Shown piece after piece: positions 57,446 to 64,000 of a DNA stretch of 64,000 nucleotides. The first letter of the stretch is position 1. Every line of letters begins with the position of its first letter. The stretch spans positions 85,314,001 through 85,378,000 of the forward strand of contig NW_024704742.1 in NCBI RefSeq assembly GCF_018977255.1, in the 5' to 3' direction. Source of the DNA: Callorhinchus milii (Eukaryota). Both the position numbers and the translations under genes were made by a program. Below the pieces are notes generated by a model. It was not told the DNA's origin, did not search any database, and was given only the letters and a program-made list of their open reading frames with translations.

Positions 57446-59022
57446 GAACGCTTCCACTAAGTGACAGAGTGAAACCAACAAACACGGCCAGTGATAAAGA
57501 GGAAGGAATTTTGAAAGGTTTGGCCAGATCACGACAGAGGAACTGTCACACAACAGCCATGGGCAGTCAGTCCAGAGCAATTCATACACAACACATTTAT
57601 AATGTGAAAATGACACTGTCCCTGCTGGAGCTGTGAAGCCCAGTGTGATTTCACTGCTCCCTCAGCCCCATGTAACCTTTTTTTGGTCAGCTGTGTCAGA
57701 AAACCAGCACCATATTTAAGAGGATCCGAATCAAACAATTTAAAGTTCCACATGTGATGCAAATTTTCAGTGATTTGGTGTGGAATGCACACTCTCTCTG
57801 AAGCGTAATAACATAGCATGACATAATGAATAATATCATAAGAGAGGGTTGAAAATTGTGACTTGCGATTAACACCTCCCAAATCAATTTTTCTCCCTCA
57901 TACTCTGTTCCTGCCTTCAATTAAACTACAAATCAATTTGAGAATTTTCCAAAGTTCTGCGCAATCTTAAATATTAAGACGTGTTTTTAAGGCTAAGATC
58001 ACAATGGATTTGTGATCCATTGTGTTCTGCGACGCTATATAAATGCAAGTTGTTGTTGTTATTGTTGGATTTCTGATCTTGCATGTCTTTGTTAGAATAA
58101 TGTCTTATGATATATGAAATTCACCTTATGTCATGTTCAGTGGTAACCTACTGAAATATAGCACATAAAAGGTAATACAGCCTGAAGTTTGTTATACAGA
58201 ATAATGCACAAACTTGTCTATAAGAGGAAAAAAAATGATTTGGTAGGTAATAATAGCAAGTCGCAATTTTCAACCTCTGTTATTATGTTATTTATTATGT
58301 TACGTTATTATCCTTCAATTCCTGGTCTCCACTGATCAGTTGAGTGCTACAATTCTGCTACATGGTTGATTGAGGGACCTTGCTGCGGAGAAAATGGCTG
58401 CCATTTTTTCTACATAACCATTCACTGTGAAGTGGAGATATTTCAATATGATAAGGAGCTATAAAAATATAGTTGTTTCATATCCGAAGTCAACAACAGA
58501 AGTTGGATAAAGTGAAACAAATGTATATTTACAGTGTGAAAGACAAATAGAATGGAATTTTAAGCAAGACTAGAACTTGAATTTAAAACATATGAATAGG
58601 CTGCTGTTAAAGTTAATACTGAAACCTAGCTTGTGACTTCTTGAGTAACACACAGGAGATAAAAATGGATTATGTTACATAACATTGAATTAGATATCGT
58701 ACATATCTCAGGGGTGTGCAATGTTGCTTAATTTCTAAATGATGCGTCTGCCTTGGATCGATTCCAGGTTTTTCAAAGAATTAAGTATCAGCTACATTTA
58801 GCCATTCGCTTCCACAAGCCATTTTGCACTGGAGGGAATGCAAAGTGGACTGAACTGCAGAGGCTGGAAAGGAATGTGAGAGCAGCCTGTTGGTGCAGGA
58901 TGTCAGTATACAAACACTGGACCAGAGAGGAGAGGCTCCAAGTTCACAATGATGATTGCTCAGACTGCAAGTTCATATTCTGGATGTCAGGGGAGGGGAC
59001 CCAAATGTACATAAGACACATG

Positions 59023-59254
59023 AAAACAAAAACAGAAGTCGCTGAGAACGCTCAGCAGGTTAGGCAGCATCTATGGAGAAAGGAAAGTGAGTCAAAGTTT
59101 CGGTCCAGGACCCTTCGTCAGAACCAGTCTTGCACCCCTAAACGTTGACTCACTTTCCTTTCTCCATAGATTCTGCCTGACCTGCTGAGTATTCCCATCG
59201 ACTTCTGTTTTTGTTTTCAGATTTCCAGCATCTGCAGTATTTTGCGTTTTGTAG
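59023..59254. mobile_element. Palindromic Penelope-like non-autonomous element with a degenerate hammerhead core
   Basis: 80-bp inverted repeats (59021-59100 / 59140-59219, 7 mismatches); CTGACGA...GAAAC on the minus strand at 59097-59121; 12-bp TSD ATAAGACACATG. Confidence 0.7.
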
Positions 59255-60086
59255 ATAAGACACATGTCTGCAGCAGGGTAGTGACTACATATGCTTGGGG
59301 TCTTTAGGCTCAGAGGGGATCTTATACAGTCATAAAATAATAATAATCATATTAATGATGATGATAATAATAATGATGCTTACATTTGATATAGCATCTT
59401 TCATGTTGGGAGAATGTTTCAGAGTGCTTCACGGGATATACTGTAAAGTGTAATGACTGTATTTGTAGATGAAACACACAATTTGTGCACAGCAACAAAC
59501 CATAAAGAGCCGTGAAGTGAATGTCCATTTTTTTTATTTGCGGTGTAAGTATGACGTGTTAGCAACATGATTAATCAAGTACTATATTTGTATCTCAAGG
59601 ACATCTCACAATAAGTCAAAAGAAGTCACTCTAGATTATATGTGTTATCTGTTTTATCTGGGATGGGCTGGAAGTGGAAGCATATTTCATAATGACAGCA
59701 TGAAAAAATTCATCGCCCTCTTGTGAATGACACACGGTACTATTATCCACACTTGAATACTATGTACTCTCTTACTGCTGGACAGGAATAGATGTGTCAT
59801 CTGATGGTGGTCCTTCTCTCAATTTTAGCCTCCTCTCTGTCACAGCCTTTCACTGTCTGTCATTGCCTGTTCCTCCCAAGTTCCCAACACAATATCTTAC
59901 TCTTCTTCCCTGTACCCTCATTGTGTTAAACCTCACATTCATCACTGTCTTCAACTCTACCCCATTCTCCTCATTCTTCTCAAGGATCTAGGCACTCTGG
60001 GACTCCTGACTTCCCACAGTTCTTTCTTTCACTTACAATCAACAGGCTTTTAAACCCAAGCTTGGTGTCACTTAGATTGGATATAC

Positions 60087-60453
60087 ATAATAATAATTCT
60101 TGCATTTGCTATAATAATCCTTGCATTTGATATAACGCCTCATCACTTTGTTGAGACGTCTCAAAGTGCTTCACAGAATATACTATAAAGTGAATTGACT
60201 ATTTTGTGGGCGAAACGTGGCAGCCAATTGCTCATAGCAGTGTCCCACAAATAGTCGTGGATTGAGTGATCAAATAATTTTTATTTTTTTTGAATATTGC
60301 CCCCATAAAGTGATCTGCCAATTGATGAACAACCAGGTTCCTATTTACTGCTGCATAAACAGAGGCATATGGAGTGAGGACATTTGCCTAATGTTTCACT
60401 CTGCCCGTGGATCGAACCTGGGTTCTCTTGCTTACGAGGCGAATTCTCTAACC
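60087..60453 (-). mobile_element. tRNA-derived SINE (long variant)
   Basis: Family tail, core and head. Confidence 0.8.
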
Positions 60454-62181
60454 AATATGTACATATCATAAAATAGATCCCTTTATCTGTCTCTTCTCTA
60501 TTCTCTTCAACTTTAGAGGTGTTCCTGTGGCCCTATACCCACTACTTTTGCTTTGCCAATACTCATCTGCTCCAGGTCCCATTATCTTTTGCCGCAACCT
60601 CAGTGGGCTGGCTTTCAGCCACCTTGCCCCTGGAATTCTTTGGAACTCTCTCCCAAAATTCCTCTGCCTCAAACACCCCCTCTCCATTTTCATAACTCTT
60701 CTAAAAATATAACTTTTTGACTGAACCTTCAGTTGCCTCTCTCCAACACCTACCACTCCCTATCCAAGTTCACCTTGCTTAATTTCCCATTGCATCTCCA
60801 TGAAGCTTTTGATGCTAACTCTGTGAAAGACATTATAGAAGTTGTAAGTTGCTGTTGTTCTGTACTGTGGTCCTTGGGCCTTCCTCTATGATTCTCAATC
60901 AAGAAAAAAAAGTCAAAATTGATAGCACAAAATGGAAAGTAATGATCTCAACTTCTGACACAAACATGCTGGTTGCTGTCGAGGGAGGAAGTGTGGGCAG
61001 CAACTACTACACTTCAACAGAGAGGCCTGATGCCCCCTGTGACAGGGGGGATAAACTCTGCCACAGCTTTTTATGGTTTTTGGTGCTTAACTTACGTGTA
61101 AAAGAACATATTATTTTGTGTAGAAGGGTATCACAATCTAGGGAGCTAGCATGGGCTGAACTCCAATCAGGTTGTTTGGATTTCCAGCCCTAAGTGATAA
61201 TAGGGCCCCAGTATAAAGCTGGGGTCTAGTGAGAAGGAAGGGGAGTCTGGAGAAGATGGATCTAAAAAGATAGAGCTTCCTTTTCAAAATAAACCTTTTT
61301 TTTAATTGTTATATCTGTTGTGCAAGTTTTGTTATCCACACCCTCCTATACCCCTGGCCGTGTGTCACTTCATGCATCACCCGAAATAGGAACCAGACAA
61401 GAATGTTACAACAACAATAAAATTAAATTGATATAGCGCCTTTCATAAGGACATCCCATGGCGCTGGGATGGTGCTGAACTAATGAAATTCAGGAAATAT
61501 TATAAATAGTGAAAGGTGGAGGAGTGAGATTTCAAGGCTGTAACCTAAACCTCAAGGTTTATATGATGCTCATTTACTGCTTGGTCCTCAAGCTTGCACT
61601 TTATGACATGATTAGAGCCCTGGGATTAGGTTACAGTTACATCATTTCCAACCTGTCTACTGTCCTCTACAAATTGGCCACAAACAAACATTGTATATTT
61701 ACTTATTAAAATCAAATCTGCAGTTTACTGGAATTTGTCTAAGGCGAAGGCTTGGATTACTATAACTTGTGGTTAAACTGTGCAGGAACTTCAGCTCGAG
61801 TTTCAAAGTCAAAGTGCACCATAAGAGCTCACAGCTTGCAAGTTGGTTTTCCGCAGTTCTTGGAAGTACTGTGGCACTAAATGCTGGTCACTTTGCTTGT
61901 TTTGGCTTGTGATTAAGGAAGGGAATTGAGGTAATGGTGGAAGATAAACCTCAGGATGGCAGAAGACAGTCTTGCTCTAAATTCTTACGGAATTGCAGAG
62001 TCAATGCCTTGAACCATAGCACTTTACAGCAGAGAAACCGGTCATTCGGCCCATGTTGTCTGTGTTGGCTGTTTGAAAATGCAATCTGTTCAGTCCCATT
62101 TCTCTGTCTTTCCCCTGCAACTCGTTGCTTTTTAGATATCTATCTAGTGCATTCTTGGAAGCTAAAATGGATCTACCTCGA

Positions 62182-62402
62182 CCACGCCTAATAATAATCC
62201 CTCCAAAAACCCAAAACAATAATAAATTGGTCATTTTCAATCTATGACTGTTTGTGGGACATTGCTGTGCGCAATTGGCTACCGCGTTGGCCCACAAATA
62301 TACAATCAATTCACTTTACAGTGTGTTCTGTGAAGCGCTTTGGGATGTCCTCCCGACGTGAAAAGCGCTATATCAAATGCAAGGATTATTATTATTATTA
62401 TT
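62182..62402 (+). mobile_element. 5'-truncated tRNA-derived SINE
   Basis: Near-identical to the 3' two-thirds of the 42883 copy. Confidence 0.88.
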
Positions 62403-63723
62403 ACTGTGCCTGGAAGGGCATTCCACATCCTAACAACTTTCTATGAAAAACAATTCCTCCTAATCCAACTTTGGTTCAAGTGTTATCCTTTGGCATGACT
62501 GCAAAGCAACCCTCTATTGATCTCAGTGCCTGAGTACCTCATAGCCCACGTTAGAGCTGTCACCGACATCAGTGGAGAAAGTTTGTAAAGGTTTATTAGC
62601 AGTTGCTAATTGGGATGTTTGAGGCAGAGCTGCATGATATGGAACCAGAGAAGACTTATCCAAAAGCATAACCTGGTCAGGGTGGTCAGAGGCCTGCAGG
62701 TCCCAGACTGATCTTGTAATGTAAAAGACAGTTTGGTGCTAAAATTAAATATTACGTGTGACATTTAGTCTTAGTTTGGAAGCCAGTTTTTTAATTACTG
62801 TATTAAAACTCTACATTAAAAATAGAAGAATTTTCCATAAATTTTTCATGATCTTAAACCTTAAGACAAAGTGGACTTATAGGCTTAAACTGAGTGGATT
62901 TATGAGACTCAAGAGTTAGTTACTCACTGCTAAATGTGGCATTTTAGGAGGTTTTAACAACAACAATAAATAACATGTATATAGCGCATTTCACATTGGG
63001 AGGACATCTCAAGGCACTGGACAGTCAAGGGTTTGCGGTGGGCTGCAGTCAAGAGGGCAAGGTGGGGGAGGGTGATGGGAAGATGACCAAAGGTGAAGTC
63101 GTCTCTGATCATCTTCCCACCACCTCCCTTGTCAACTCTAGACAGAGCTTGCAGAAGGTTTGCTTTATATTTAGGATGCATTAAAGCCTTATCCTCGAAG
63201 CATGAAGTGGCCGGGTGATTGGAAGAGACTCACTGAAGTGTATGTGTTGGAAGTGGGGGGGGGGGGAATCAGTTACCTTGCATTGATGGGGCCACATAAG
63301 ATGAGTGACTGACAGCGACTGTCACAGTGGAATAGTGAGAACGCAAGCCCAGGCAGGCAGTGACAAGGAAAGCTGTCAGCAGCACCAGCCACACTGATTT
63401 ACAGGATTCACTGCCCTATTCTGCCCTTTGAGGACACATTGCTCTGAGGTTTCTGCCTGTCACAGAAACATGATCTTACTCTCAAGTAACACAAACATTG
63501 TAGTGTAAGTAGAGCCAGGTACATAAATATCACTTGCTTGTATTTGTTGCATTATATCTTGCTCATCCCTTCAAGTCAATGGTTTTTCAGGAATCGCTGA
63601 GTGAAAGTTATAAAATTAGCTACAACTATGCAATAACTGCACTCATCTGAATTCTGGCCGTAGTCTATCAAGTTAAACAGCACCATTATTTCAGCAGCCA
63701 AAAGCTCTTCAAAAGACATATAA

Positions 63724-64000
63724 ATACAACAACAACTTGTATTTGTATGCCGTCCCTCACACAGGGTAGCCTCGCAGAACGCTTGACAGTGGTGGAGCAC
63801 GATGTCCAGCCACAGGGAAGGGGGAGGTGACCGTAAGCACCGTCGAAAAGGAAGGTTTTCAGACCAGAAGATGGGGAAGGAGGGGGCAAGGTGGAAGGAT
63901 TGAGGGAGTGTGTTCCATAGTTTCAGGGTGTAGTGGCTGAAAGCAAGGTATCCGATGGTGGATGGGGGGCAAGGGGGACAAGCTGGAGGTTGGAGTCAGT
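63724..64000 (-). mobile_element. L2 3' end running off the window
   Basis: (TTG)n tail; LKTFLFDGAYG; LWNTLPQS. Confidence 0.8.

Overview
Vertebrate genomic DNA, rich in repeats. The SINE/LINE complement (tRNA-headed Deu-domain SINEs with (TTA)n tails, L2, CR1, a Penelope-type palindrome) points to a cartilaginous fish, probably a chimaera or elephant shark; this is inference. Two protein-coding genes are supported. (1) On the + strand, 21 exons from 3327 to 35428 join in consistent phase across GT-AG introns into an ORF of about 851 aa encoding a single-pass receptor guanylyl cyclase. The domain order is ectodomain, TM helix, Ser/Thr-rich juxtamembrane region, kinase-homology domain, coiled coil, intact class III guanylyl cyclase domain and a repeat-containing tail. 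The visible ectodomain is only about 183 aa, has 12 Cys, and does not resemble the roughly 450-aa ANF-receptor domain of NPR1/NPR2/GUCY2C-G, so it looks like an orphan receptor type. The first coding exon is uncertain (candidate 459..528). (2) On the - strand, the uninterrupted CDS of TMEM215 (39235..39891) lies convergent with the cyclase. I found no credible gene in 40-64 kb, only retroposon fragments. Other features include a decayed duplicate of a cyclase exon, a coding VNTR, two inverted LTR-like copies, a Penelope-like palindrome with a hammerhead core and a 12-bp TSD, and retroposon tails repeatedly abutting splice acceptors. Repeat boundaries are approximate and were read by eye.
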